A stretch of 64,000 nt of DNA from Planctomycetota bacterium. Lineage in GTDB: Bacteria > Planctomycetota > Phycisphaerae > Phycisphaerales > SM1A02. The translations under genes and the position numbers were made by a program. The notes beneath the pieces were generated by a model, which was not told the origin of the DNA, did no database searches, and saw nothing but the letters and a program-made list of their open reading frames with translations. The stretch is taken from assembly GCA_902521645.1 (NCBI GenBank), contig CABYSN010000001.1, positions 1,605 through 65,604 on the forward strand. The letters are read 5' to 3'. Positions 54,830-63,677 of this stretch are shown here, in pieces. Every line of letters starts with the position of its first letter. The stretch's first letter is position 1.

Positions 54830-56311
54830 ATGGCTCGGATCAATACAAATGTTTCTTCAATGATCGCTCAGAGCAATCTGAGCAGGACCAACAGTGACCT
54901 CAGTGTCCGCCTTCAGCGGCTTTCCACCGGACTGCGCATCAATCGTGGTGCGGACGATCCTGCGGGATTGATCGTTTCGGAGCGTCTTCGTTCCGAGATG
55001 AAGGGATTGACCCAGGCGGTGGACAACGCGGAACGCGCCAGTTCCGTCATTGCAACGGCCGAGGGCTACCTCGCGGAAGTCGCGGACCTTCTGAACTCCG
55101 TCAAGAACCTCGTCGTCGAGGCCGCCAACACCGGTGGTGTCAGTCGTGACGAGATCGAGGCGAACCAGCTTCAGATCGACAGTGCGATCGATTCGATCAC
55201 CAGGATCTCAAACGTGGCCAGTTTCGCCGGTCTTGATCTCCTGAACGGATCCCTCGAATACACCGCCTCTGGCATGGACACCGCGGACATCGCGTTCTCC
55301 AGGATCGACAGTGCACGTTTCGGTACCGCACAAAGCATCGATGTGGATGTCTCGATCTCGACCCCGGCCGAACAAGGCAATCTCTGGCTCTCGAGCAACG
55401 CCGGTGGTTTCACCGGATTCGCTCTCGACAGTGATCTCACCCTTGAAATCGCCGGCAAGGATGGTGCTCAGACGCTGACCTTCGCGCCTGGAACTCAGCA
55501 GTCGGCGATGGCTGACGCATTCAACCTGATTTCGGATTCGACCGGCGTTGAAGCCATCTTCGTCAACTCGGCAGGCGCCAGCGGACTTCGGTTCGTCACC
55601 AGTGATTACGGCACCGACGCCTTCGTGTCGGTTCGACCCGTGGGTGCCGGTGGTACCGGTTTCAGTGCCTATGAGGCGCCGGGCGGAGCCGTCAGTCAGA
55701 GAGATGAAGGCGTCGACGTGGCTGCCATCGTCAATGGTGCGCTTGCCAGCGGTCGTGGGCTTGAAATCGCTCTGAACACACCCGGTCTCGCCGCTCAGTT
55801 CGACCTGACCGAAGCCTTTGCGACCCAGACCGCGACATCGACGACATTCTCGATCACCGGTGGAGGTGCCAGCTTCCAGCTCGGCCCCAGCGTCAACAGT
55901 TCACAGCAGGTCTCGCTTGGAATCGGATCGGTTGCGGCATCAAGGCTCGGAGGAGAACTTTCCGCTGATGGAGATCGGTTCTTCCTGGACTCCATCAAGT
56001 CCGGGCAGGCCAATGAGCTCTCGAGTGGCAATGCGACTCTGGCCAGTGACATTCTCGACAGCGCCATTCTCGAAGTCTCCAAGATGCGAGGCCGACTGGG
56101 TGCGTTCGAGCGCAACACGATTCAGACGAACATTCGATCGCTGCAGGTCGGGCTTGAGAACATCACGGCCAGCGAATCCAAGATTCGCGATGCGGATTTC
56201 GCCACCGAGACGGCGAAGCTCACCCGTGCTCAGATTCTCAACCAGGCAGGAACCTCGGTGCTTCGGACGGCAAACAGCACGGCTCAGAACGTGCTCTCGC
56301 TCCTTCAGTGA
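54830..56311 (+). CDS. fliC: flagellin
   Basis: 493 aa; MARINTNVSSMIAQSNL...LSTGLRINRGADDPAGL N-terminus and ...TRAQILNQAGTSVLRTANSTAQNVLSLLQ C-terminus. Confidence 0.92.
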   Translation: MARINTNVSSMIAQSNLSRTNSDLSVRLQRLSTGLRINRGADDPAGLIVSERLRSEMKGLTQAVDNAERASSVIATAEGYLAEVADLLNSVKNLVVEAANTGGVSRDEIEANQLQIDSAIDSITRISNVASFAGLDLLNGSLEYTASGMDTADIAFSRIDSARFGTAQSIDVDVSISTPAEQGNLWLSSNAGGFTGFALDSDLTLEIAGKDGAQTLTFAPGTQQSAMADAFNLISDSTGVEAIFVNSAGASGLRFVTSDYGTDAFVSVRPVGAGGTGFSAYEAPGGAVSQRDEGVDVAAIVNGALASGRGLEIALNTPGLAAQFDLTEAFATQTATSTTFSITGGGASFQLGPSVNSSQQVSLGIGSVAASRLGGELSADGDRFFLDSIKSGQANELSSGNATLASDILDSAILEVSKMRGRLGAFERNTIQTNIRSLQVGLENITASESKIRDADFATETAKLTRAQILNQAGTSVLRTANSTAQNVLSLLQ

Positions 56312-56362
56312 CCCGCTGAATCGAGCTTCGACCGGCTTGTGAGGTCGATAATCCCATTTTCG

Positions 56363-56397
56363 GACACACCATGCGCACATTTTGCGCGTGGTGTGTC
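56363..56397 (+). terminator. stable hairpin downstream of flagellin 1 (terminator-like, no clear U-tract)
   Basis: GACACACCATGCGCA-cattt-TGCGCGTGGTGTGTC, 15-bp stem with one G-U pair. Confidence 0.45.
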
Positions 56398-56645
56398 TCG
56401 TCATTCGAAAATCATCTCAATGTTCGTGAAGTAGCAGGGGTTACGTACCGATGTAGTGAGTCGGCCCCTCGATCAATGACCGTTCGGTCTGCCATCGGGT
56501 CGCCGTGAGAACCGGAGGTCTCTCAGTTTCCTTTCCTTCCGTGCTGATGGAGTCCGCACTGAAGGACGACAGTCGAATCCCACGGGGGGATCCGGCCTTC
56601 GCCTTTTTCCATCAGGCGTTCACACGACGTGAACGCACCCCTACT

Positions 56646-56655
56646 TCACGGAGGA
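56646..56655 (+). promoter_or_regulatory. putative CsrA-binding site overlapping the flagellin-2 Shine-Dalgarno
   Basis: TCACGGAGGA ends 6 nt before the ATG at 56662. Confidence 0.55.
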
Positions 56656-56661
56656 GTTCCC

Positions 56662-58134
56662 ATGAGTCGTATCAATCAAAATGTCGGATCAATGGTCGCC
56701 CAGCGCGTCCTTTCACAGCAGAACATGGATCTTTCGAAGACTCTCAACCGTCTTTCGACGGGTCTTCGCATCGTCCGCGGTTCGGATGATCCCGCCGGTC
56801 TGATCGCCAGCGAGAATCTTCGCGCCGAAAAGGTCGCGATCAACTCGGCCATGAACAACGCCGAGCGCGCCGAGCAGGTCGTCAACGTCGCCGAAGGCGG
56901 TCTTCAGGAGATCAGCAGCATGCTGGTCGAACTGCAGAGTCTCGTGACCTCGACCGCCAACGAAGCCGGTGTCTCCAGCGAGGAGAAGGAAGCGAACCAG
57001 CTTCAGATCGATTCGATTCTTCAGAGCATCGACCGCATCGCGAACTCGACCTCGTTCCAGGGCATCAAGCTCCTCAACGGCAACTTCGAGTACACCACGA
57101 CCGGTGTCGACCAGACTCAGATCGACGATCTGAAGATCAACTCGGCGAAGCTTTCGAACGCGGCCGGTTCGAGCATGAACGTCGACGTCACCCTGGTGAA
57201 CAGCGCCTCGACCGGATCGGCGTTCCTGCTGGACAACGGAACCACCATCGGCACCGGAGGTTCGGGGCAGGTCACCTTCGAGGTCACCGGCAACAAGGGC
57301 ACCCAGCAGTTCACCTTCGCCGAAGGCACTCAGGTCTCCGCCGTGGTCACTTCGATCAACACGTTCTCGGAAGCGCTCGGTGTGACAGCGTCGCTCGACA
57401 ACGTCGATGACGTGCGTTTCGATTCCACCGGGTACGGAACCGACCAGTTCGTCCGGGTCCGCCAGCTCTCGGAGAACGGTGGTTCGAACTTCGTCTCCGC
57501 CACCGCTGGTGGCGCGGCCGTCAACGACCTCAAGGCCTTCGGTTCCGATGCCGAGGTCAACATCAACGGCATCTCCGCGACGACCAACGGTCTTGAAGCC
57601 CGCGTCTCGTCGGCTGGATTCGATGTGAGCATCATGCTCGACGCCGCCTTCGCCGGCACCGGTGGCACCGGTGGTACCAGCTCGTTCTCGATCACCGGTG
57701 GTGGTGCCGACTTCAACCTCGGACCTCAGGTGAACCTGGCCAACAAGGTCTCGCTCGGCATCGACGCCGTGACGACCGGAAGTCTGGGTTCATCGGCCAG
57801 TGGCACGCTCGACTCGCTCAAGGCCGGTGGGCTGGGCAACGTCGTCAATGGTGACCTCAGCAAGGCCCAGAGTGCGGTTGAAGAGGCGATCAAGCAGGTC
57901 AGCAGCATGCGCGGTCGACTCGGCGCCTTCCAGAAGAACACCGTGGGTTCGACGATCAACAGCCTTTCCATCGCACTCGAGAACACCTCGGCTGCGGAAA
58001 GCGTGATTCGTGATGCGGACTTCGCGGCGGAAACCGCGAACATGACCCGGGCGCAGATCCTCGGTCAGGCCGCGACCCAGGCGCTCGCCATGGCGAACAA
58101 CCAACCTAGTTCGGTGCTCGCACTGCTCGGCTGA
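56662..58134 (+). CDS. fliC: flagellin (second paralogue)
   Basis: Start moved to the ATG at 56662 (MSRINQNVGSMVAQRVL...); LSTGLRIVRGSDDPAGL; C-terminus TRAQILGQAATQALAMANNQPSSVLALLG. Confidence 0.92.
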   Translation: MSRINQNVGSMVAQRVLSQQNMDLSKTLNRLSTGLRIVRGSDDPAGLIASENLRAEKVAINSAMNNAERAEQVVNVAEGGLQEISSMLVELQSLVTSTANEAGVSSEEKEANQLQIDSILQSIDRIANSTSFQGIKLLNGNFEYTTTGVDQTQIDDLKINSAKLSNAAGSSMNVDVTLVNSASTGSAFLLDNGTTIGTGGSGQVTFEVTGNKGTQQFTFAEGTQVSAVVTSINTFSEALGVTASLDNVDDVRFDSTGYGTDQFVRVRQLSENGGSNFVSATAGGAAVNDLKAFGSDAEVNINGISATTNGLEARVSSAGFDVSIMLDAAFAGTGGTGGTSSFSITGGGADFNLGPQVNLANKVSLGIDAVTTGSLGSSASGTLDSLKAGGLGNVVNGDLSKAQSAVEEAIKQVSSMRGRLGAFQKNTVGSTINSLSIALENTSAAESVIRDADFAAETANMTRAQILGQAATQALAMANNQPSSVLALLG

Positions 58135-58180
58135 TCCTGACGAAGAACCTCTCCTCCGGAGAGTCCGATCAAAACGAAAG

Positions 58181-58215
58181 CCGCGACGTCCAGTGAAGGG
58201 CGTCGCGGTTTTCTT
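58181..58215. terminator. bidirectional rho-independent terminator between flagellin 2 and rplT
   Basis: CCGCGACG-12 nt loop-CGTCGCGG followed by TTTTCTT on the plus strand and CTTTCGTTTTG on the minus strand. Confidence 0.75.
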
Positions 58216-58231
58216 AGGGTTGGTTCGTCGA

Positions 58232-58603
58232 TCAGGCTGCTGCCTTGCCACTTTCGTGCTGGGCTGCGAGCTTGGCCAGTTCATCGAAGGTCGCTGGGTC
58301 TTCGATCGCGATCTGGCTGAGCATCTTGCGATTCAGGAGAACGCCCGCCTGCTCCAGGCCGTGCATGAACCGACTGTATCTGGTTCCTCGCATGCGGCAT
58401 GCAGCGGTGATTCTGGTGATCCAGAGGCGACGGAAGTCGCGCTTGCGGTTGCGGCGGTCACGATAGGCGAACTGGCCGGCGCGCAGAAGAGCGACCTTGG
58501 CCTGTTGCTTGTGACGTGATTTGGTTCCGAAGTAGCCGCGGGCCTTTCTCAGGATGCGGCGGCGGGCCTTGTTTCGGGCTGCGCCCTTGCGTACGCGAGG
58601 CAT
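58232..58603 (-). CDS. rplT: 50S ribosomal protein L20
   Basis: MPRVRKGAARNKARRRILRKARGYFG...AYRDRRNRKRDFRRLWITRI is canonical L20. Confidence 0.95.
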   Translation of the reverse strand: MPRVRKGAARNKARRRILRKARGYFGTKSRHKQQAKVALLRAGQFAYRDRRNRKRDFRRLWITRITAACRMRGTRYSRFMHGLEQAGVLLNRKMLSQIAIEDPATFDELAKLAAQHESGKAAA

Positions 58604-58694
58604 GGTGCCATCTCCAATTTGTGCGCGGCGGGGGACCGGAGGATTCCAGTCTCTTCTCGTCCCGACGAGCGACGTTGATTCGAATCACTTCGCC

Positions 58695-58961
58695 TCAGGC
58701 GGATTCCTTCTGCGCAAGACGTTCCTTCTCACGAAGTTCCGACTCGTGCTGGTCCTGCGACTTCAATGGTCTGAAGAGGAGGGTTCCAAGACGCTTCATG
58801 TCACCGGCTCGAGCGTACTGCGGAAGGCGGTAGCTCCTGGTGGTGCTGCCTGCCTTGTTGCTCTTGAGGTGTCGACTCCCCGGCTTGCGGAATCGCACTC
58901 GTCCACTCTTGGTGATCTTCGCTCTCTTGAGCAGGCCTTTGTGTGACTTGTTCTTGGGCAT
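58695..58961 (-). CDS. rpmI: 50S ribosomal protein L35 (with C-terminal extension)
   Basis: Start moved to the ATG at 58961: MPKNKSHKGLLKRAKITKSGRVRFRKPGSRHL; located upstream of rplT. Confidence 0.85.
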   Translation of the reverse strand: MPKNKSHKGLLKRAKITKSGRVRFRKPGSRHLKSNKAGSTTRSYRLPQYARAGDMKRLGTLLFRPLKSQDQHESELREKERLAQKESA

Positions 58962-59158
58962 CTCGATCGACCTTCGTACTGGACTGCCCGAACGCGATGT
59001 GGTGCGGGTGGGCGTTGCATGAAAATCCACTCGTGCACATGCACGGAGGGATTGGGGATCGAGAACTATACAGGAACTGAGCCCTCGGATTCAACCCACC
59101 CGAGGATATCTTGGGCCGATTGTGGCTCAATTTCCACGTTTCCGACGTCCGAGATGAC

Positions 59159-60100
59159 TCAGTGAATCAGGAAGTATCGGTCGGGAATGCGATTTTTACC
59201 GATCAGGACCTCGATCAGCTGGCCCTGCTGGTTGACGCCCACGTCCCAGATCCGATCTCCATCGATCTCCCAGGTCTCGATCCAGCGAACGCTGTTGTCG
59301 CCGTAGAGCACGTTCTGGCCGTTCGAGAGATGGCAGGGTGAGTTGCGCGACACCTGGTCCAGTCCGATCCGCTCGGTCCCGCCATGGACGGGGCTGACGT
59401 TGGCGGCGAGCATTCTGGTCGACTCCAGGAGGTCGTCGCCGTTCTGCCAGAATTGAAAGCTGTAGGGGTGCTGGGTGGGATCTGTTTCCGGACAGTGGTA
59501 GTCGTCGCCGATCTCGTCGTCACCCGACATGGCCTTGCGGACGCCATGGGAATAGTCACCTCGGTGGCGGCCTTTCCACTCGAACGGATCGGGCAGAATG
59601 CCCGCGGTCGCCTCCATCGGGGTGGCGCCGTTGTTCGCCGAGGAGTACAGCGCGATGTTCTGACCGGTCTCGTTCAGATTGGCGCGATCGAGCATGATCA
59701 GACGACCGCTGCGTGCGTAGTTCATGATCGGCCAGAGCACGCCGACTGCAAGCAGCAGCATGGCCGCCGTGGCGAAGAGGTCCGGAAAGTGAAAACGCCT
59801 TCCACCGAGATCCGTCTGCGTTCGTTCATCCGAACCGGGCTCAGGAAGGCGCATGCGTTCGAGGCGTTGCGCTTCATCTCTTCGCACCCTGGCGATGGTG
59901 GCATCGACCAGTTCGTCCGAAGCATCTTCAAGTGGATACTTGTCGAGGTGGCCGAGCAGATCCGTGATCGCGGTACCACGTTCTCGATCCGATTCATTCA
60001 TCTTTTCCAGGACCGATTCATCGAAACCATGCTCGGCGATCATGTCGAGTATGCGGGCGTCTTCCGCGGACAGCTCTTTGTGAGAAGGTGGGGTGGTCAT
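59159..60100 (-). CDS. anti-sigma factor: cytoplasmic helical domain, one TM, extracytoplasmic pilin-like/DUF1559-like domain (start uncertain)
   Basis: Directly downstream of the ECF sigma; TM FATAAMLLLAVGVLWPIM; post-TM NYARSGRL...ANLNETGQNIALYSSANNG and C-terminal HLSNGQNVLYGDNSVRWIE resemble DUF1559 / H-X9-DG proteins. Confidence 0.5.
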   Translation of the reverse strand: MTTPPSHKELSAEDARILDMIAEHGFDESVLEKMNESDRERGTAITDLLGHLDKYPLEDASDELVDATIARVRRDEAQRLERMRLPEPGSDERTQTDLGGRRFHFPDLFATAAMLLLAVGVLWPIMNYARSGRLIMLDRANLNETGQNIALYSSANNGATPMEATAGILPDPFEWKGRHRGDYSHGVRKAMSGDDEIGDDYHCPETDPTQHPYSFQFWQNGDDLLESTRMLAANVSPVHGGTERIGLDQVSRNSPCHLSNGQNVLYGDNSVRWIETWEIDGDRIWDVGVNQQGQLIEVLIGKNRIPDRYFLIH

Positions 60101-60152
60101 CTCTCCGTGCGCTCCTCGGCTGGCATCGGTGTGGTGTGCGCGAATACGTGTC

Positions 60153-60959
60153 TCATGAGTCCTTGCCTCCCGGATCACTGGCACTCTCTCGTGCTTTCCA
60201 GTTCTCCGCGAAGCAGCCGACGGCACTGTGCAGACGGCTTTTGACCGTCCCCAGTGGGATGTCGAGTGCGTCCGCGATCTGGTTGTAGCTCATCTTCTGG
60301 AAGTAACTCAGCAGAAGTATCTCCCGGTAGTGGACCGGCAGTTCGTCGACCGCTTTCTTGACCAGCAGGGCCTGCTCGGCGTCCGACACCGGAACTTCGG
60401 GATTTTCATCATCGCCCGAGAGCAGGTCGATGAACTCGACTTCATCCGATCCGCTGCGCCCGATCGGCGCGGACAGACTCGCCGCAGCGCGTCGTTTCTG
60501 CTTTCGATGATGGTCGCGTGCCTTGTTCGCAGCGATGGTGTAGAGCCATGGCTTGAATCGTCGGCTGGTGTCGAAGGAGTCCGCCACCAGGTGGATCTGA
60601 AGAAACGTGTCCTGGAAGACATCTTCAGCAGCTGCACGTGATCCGAGGAAGCGGATCAGGAAATGCAGGAGCTCGTTGCGGTATCTCCCGATCAGAACCT
60701 CGTAGGCTCCGTCACGTCCCGCTGCATGCTCTCCGAGCAGTTGCTCGTCGGTCAGCTCATTCAATGGTGTCTGGGTGTCCACGATCTGTCCGATTCCGAT
60801 TTTCGAACGCCCTTTCGCGTCCTTCACCTCCTGCGAGGATCCTGACACGATAGTCGAGCTGCCCTTTTCGTGGTTGGATACCGGGCTTCCGGCGAGGCCC
60901 ATCCCGATTTTTCGAACCAGATGGTGCAGGGGGCTGGGTTGGATCGAGATCGTGCTCAC
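60153..60959 (-). CDS. ECF-type RNA polymerase sigma factor (long N-terminal extension; start uncertain)
   Basis: Region 2 YRNELLHFLIRFLGSRAAAEDVFQDTFLQIH...FKPWLYTIAANKARDHHRK; region 4 LPVHYREILLLSYFQKMSYNQIADALDIPLGTVKSRLHSA. Confidence 0.85.
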   Translation of the reverse strand: MSTISIQPSPLHHLVRKIGMGLAGSPVSNHEKGSSTIVSGSSQEVKDAKGRSKIGIGQIVDTQTPLNELTDEQLLGEHAAGRDGAYEVLIGRYRNELLHFLIRFLGSRAAAEDVFQDTFLQIHLVADSFDTSRRFKPWLYTIAANKARDHHRKQKRRAAASLSAPIGRSGSDEVEFIDLLSGDDENPEVPVSDAEQALLVKKAVDELPVHYREILLLSYFQKMSYNQIADALDIPLGTVKSRLHSAVGCFAENWKARESASDPGGKDS

Positions 60960-61135
60960 GGTCTTCGTACGCCGGCTCCGAGGGGAAGTTCGGTCGATTG
61001 TGCGATATTCGGATTTTCTTTCGAAGCTGTGGGCGGGCTTTCATGGTGATCCCTCAGGTGGTGTCTGTTGCAGCTGTTATATTGGCGCTTTCTCCTGTTT
61101 CCTGACGGTTTTCGGACGTCGGAGTGCGACCTCTC

Positions 61136-62302
61136 ATGGGTGTTCCTCTTTCTCAAATGTGGACCGTGGCTTCCTATGTCCTGAAGCAGAGGCTCTCGCG
61201 AACGCCGCGATACCCTCTGGTTCTGATGCTGGAACCGCTTTTCCGCTGCAATCTTGCCTGCGCAGGATGCGGAAAGATCCAGTATCCACCCCACATCCTC
61301 AAGCGCGATCTCTCCCTCGAAGAGTGCATGAGGGCGGTCGACGAGTGCGGCGCTCCGATGGTCTCCATTCCCGGAGGCGAACCGTTGCTGCATCCTCAGA
61401 TCCGCGAGATCGTGGATGGATTGATCGCCAGAAAGAAGTACATCTACCTGTGCACGAACGCGATCCTCCTCAAGGACAAGCTCGATGCCGGGTGGTTCAA
61501 GCCCTCGAAGTATCTGAGTTTCAGCGTCCACATGGATGGAACGAAGGAGAACCATGATTTCGCGGTCTGTCGTGAGGGGACCTACGACAAGGCGATCGCA
61601 GGCATTCGCAAGGCCGTGGAGATGGGCTTCCGTGTGACCACCAACACGACGCTCTTCGAGGGTGCGGATCCCAATGCCTGTCGCGACTTCTTCGATGAGA
61701 TGATGGAGGTCGGTGTCGAGGGAATGATGGTCTCGCCGGGCTATGCCTACGACAAGGCGCCCGATCAGAACGGTTTTCTTCAGCGGCGTGCCACCCATGA
61801 TCTCTTCGAGATGATCCTGTCGAATCGCAAGAAGGGCTGGCGTTTCAATCAGTCGCCGATCTTCCTTGAATTTCTCATGGGCAAACGTGATTTCGAATGC
61901 ACGCCATGGGGGAATCCGACCTTCAACATCTTCGGCTGGCAGAAACCCTGCTACCTCCTCCAGGAGGGATACGTCGACACGTTTCAGGAACTGATCGACG
62001 GCGTCGACTGGTCGAACTACGGTCATGCGAGTGGAAACCCGAAATGCGCCAACTGCATGGTCCATTGCGGGTACGAACCCACCGCCGTGGACTACACCTT
62101 CAGCGGTTTCGGAGGGATCTGGGCCAACGTCAAGGCGATGCTCTTCAACACCTATGCCAATCCCCGGTCGATGGAAAGATTGAACGAGGAGAAGACCAAG
62201 CCGCACGGTCCCATGCAGCATCTCGTCCAACTGGGATTCGGGGTCGATGTGCAGCCCGACGGAACCTCCGTCGTCGTTCGTGAAAGCGACAATGCGGCCT
62301 GA
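61136..62302 (+). CDS. hpnH: hopanoid side-chain radical SAM protein HpnH (adenosylhopane synthase)
   Basis: RYPLVLMLEPLFRCNLACAGCGKIQYP is the HpnH N-terminal signature; C-terminal CANCMVHCGYE cysteine cluster; start set to the ATG at 61136. Confidence 0.85.
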   Translation: MGVPLSQMWTVASYVLKQRLSRTPRYPLVLMLEPLFRCNLACAGCGKIQYPPHILKRDLSLEECMRAVDECGAPMVSIPGGEPLLHPQIREIVDGLIARKKYIYLCTNAILLKDKLDAGWFKPSKYLSFSVHMDGTKENHDFAVCREGTYDKAIAGIRKAVEMGFRVTTNTTLFEGADPNACRDFFDEMMEVGVEGMMVSPGYAYDKAPDQNGFLQRRATHDLFEMILSNRKKGWRFNQSPIFLEFLMGKRDFECTPWGNPTFNIFGWQKPCYLLQEGYVDTFQELIDGVDWSNYGHASGNPKCANCMVHCGYEPTAVDYTFSGFGGIWANVKAMLFNTYANPRSMERLNEEKTKPHGPMQHLVQLGFGVDVQPDGTSVVVRESDNAA

Positions 62303-62414
62303 GCGGTGCGATGCCGCGATCCGGATGAGCGTGTGATCGACCGTCTCTCCTGCGGGGATGTGGACATCCTTTCGTGAGGTCCCCCGGCCTGTGAGAGTCG
62401 AGGACGATGCAGGG

Positions 62415-63677
62415 ATGCCATTTTTAAACGGAGCCGTCACGTATGCACGCTTCGCCGTCACCGGTGAAGCTCCTGAGATTCTCGACCAGTCGATCATCGA
62501 CGCGTTCGCGGCGAATCCCGCCAAGCCGACGCCGATCGGAGTCCCCAACGGTCCCGAGGCCGGCTGGACCGGCGGGCGTCACATCCTTGATCAGACCTTC
62601 GAATTCAACACCATGTGCTTCGACGGCTGGGTTCATGCCGCCATGCGTCTTGATGTCGTCCGTGTTCCGCCTGAAGTGAAGCGTGCCTACGTCGCGGTGG
62701 CCGAGTCGGCGCGTGCCAAGCTTCTCGAACCGGATCAGCCGGGCTGGTTGAGTCGCGCCGGCCGCAAGGAAGCCCGTGACGAGGCCAAGGAGCAGTGGGA
62801 ACGCGAAGTCGCCGATGGTCGTCATCGTTCATCCAAACTCGTGCCGATTCTCTGGAACCCCCGACGTCGGATTCTGCTTTCGCCCGCCACCACCGATGCC
62901 GTCGCCGCACCCTTGAGAGAACTGTTTACCGCGACGTTCGGTGGTCGACTCGAACAACGAAGTGCGGGTTCCCTTGCCGTCGACCTGCTCGCCACGCGAG
63001 GACTTCTCACCGCCTTCGAGGACGCCCGTCCGGACAATCTGGGTCAGCAATCGCCCAATGGCAGTTCCGGGATTCCCGAAGTCCCCTGGGCATCCGGCGG
63101 ATCCGAACCCAAGGACTTCCTCGGCAACTCGTTTCTGATGTGGCTCTGGTGGCGCGCGGACGTGAATGAAGGATTGTTCGATCTGGCTGATGGCTCCAAC
63201 ATCGCCGTCGGTCTCGAGCGGTCGATCGAAAGTGAATGCGGGTGGGGGATCAACGGTCGTCAAAGCCTCACCGGAAACGCACCGAGTCGATGGGCGGAAG
63301 CCTCGATCGCGACTCTGGCCGGAAAATTGCCCCGACGCATCGGCCTGCTCGTCAGTGACGGTGTTCATGAGTGGAAATGTTCCCTGCAAGGCGACCGGTT
63401 CGTGGTCAGTGGACTCATGCTTCCACGTCCCGAAGAACCCGCTGAAACGCCTCAGGAAGCGGCTCTCGAGCGAGTCGGTTCGATCACTTCGTTCGACAAC
63501 GCCATCACCGGTCTGTATTCCTGCTTCCTCGATGAACGGTTCTCATCGAGGTGGTCGGCCAGTCGAAGCGGCATCGCCGAGTGGATCTCCCAACGTTCTC
63601 GTCCTCGTGGCGGTTTCACGAGCGAGAGCATTCTCGAGGCCGATGCCGGGGCGGCGGTTCCCGTTCATTCGGAGTGA
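62415..63677 (+). CDS. hypothetical protein, possibly RdgC-like (recombination-associated)
   Basis: Start moved to the ATG at 62415; MPFLNGAVTYARFAV N-terminus and a mid-region (K/E-rich helix then LVPILWNPRRRILLSPATTDA...LRELFTATFG) loosely parallel RdgC; weak. Confidence 0.3.
   Translation: MPFLNGAVTYARFAVTGEAPEILDQSIIDAFAANPAKPTPIGVPNGPEAGWTGGRHILDQTFEFNTMCFDGWVHAAMRLDVVRVPPEVKRAYVAVAESARAKLLEPDQPGWLSRAGRKEARDEAKEQWEREVADGRHRSSKLVPILWNPRRRILLSPATTDAVAAPLRELFTATFGGRLEQRSAGSLAVDLLATRGLLTAFEDARPDNLGQQSPNGSSGIPEVPWASGGSEPKDFLGNSFLMWLWWRADVNEGLFDLADGSNIAVGLERSIESECGWGINGRQSLTGNAPSRWAEASIATLAGKLPRRIGLLVSDGVHEWKCSLQGDRFVVSGLMLPRPEEPAETPQEAALERVGSITSFDNAITGLYSCFLDERFSSRWSASRSGIAEWISQRSRPRGGFTSESILEADAGAAVPVHSE

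Noticed and set aside
56427-56454. Possible sigma-28 promoter TGAA-N16-ACCGATGT before flagellin 2
   Set aside because: Not called as a feature. Only the CCGAT core and 3 of 4 positions in the -35 element match, the spacer is one nt long, and no comparable element precedes flagellin 1. It is mentioned in the leader finding only as a hypothesis.
60176-60196. TGGCAC motif (CTGGCACTCTCTCGTGC) at the sigma/anti-sigma junction
   Set aside because: It is on the strand opposite to both genes, and the GG-GC spacing is 11 nt.
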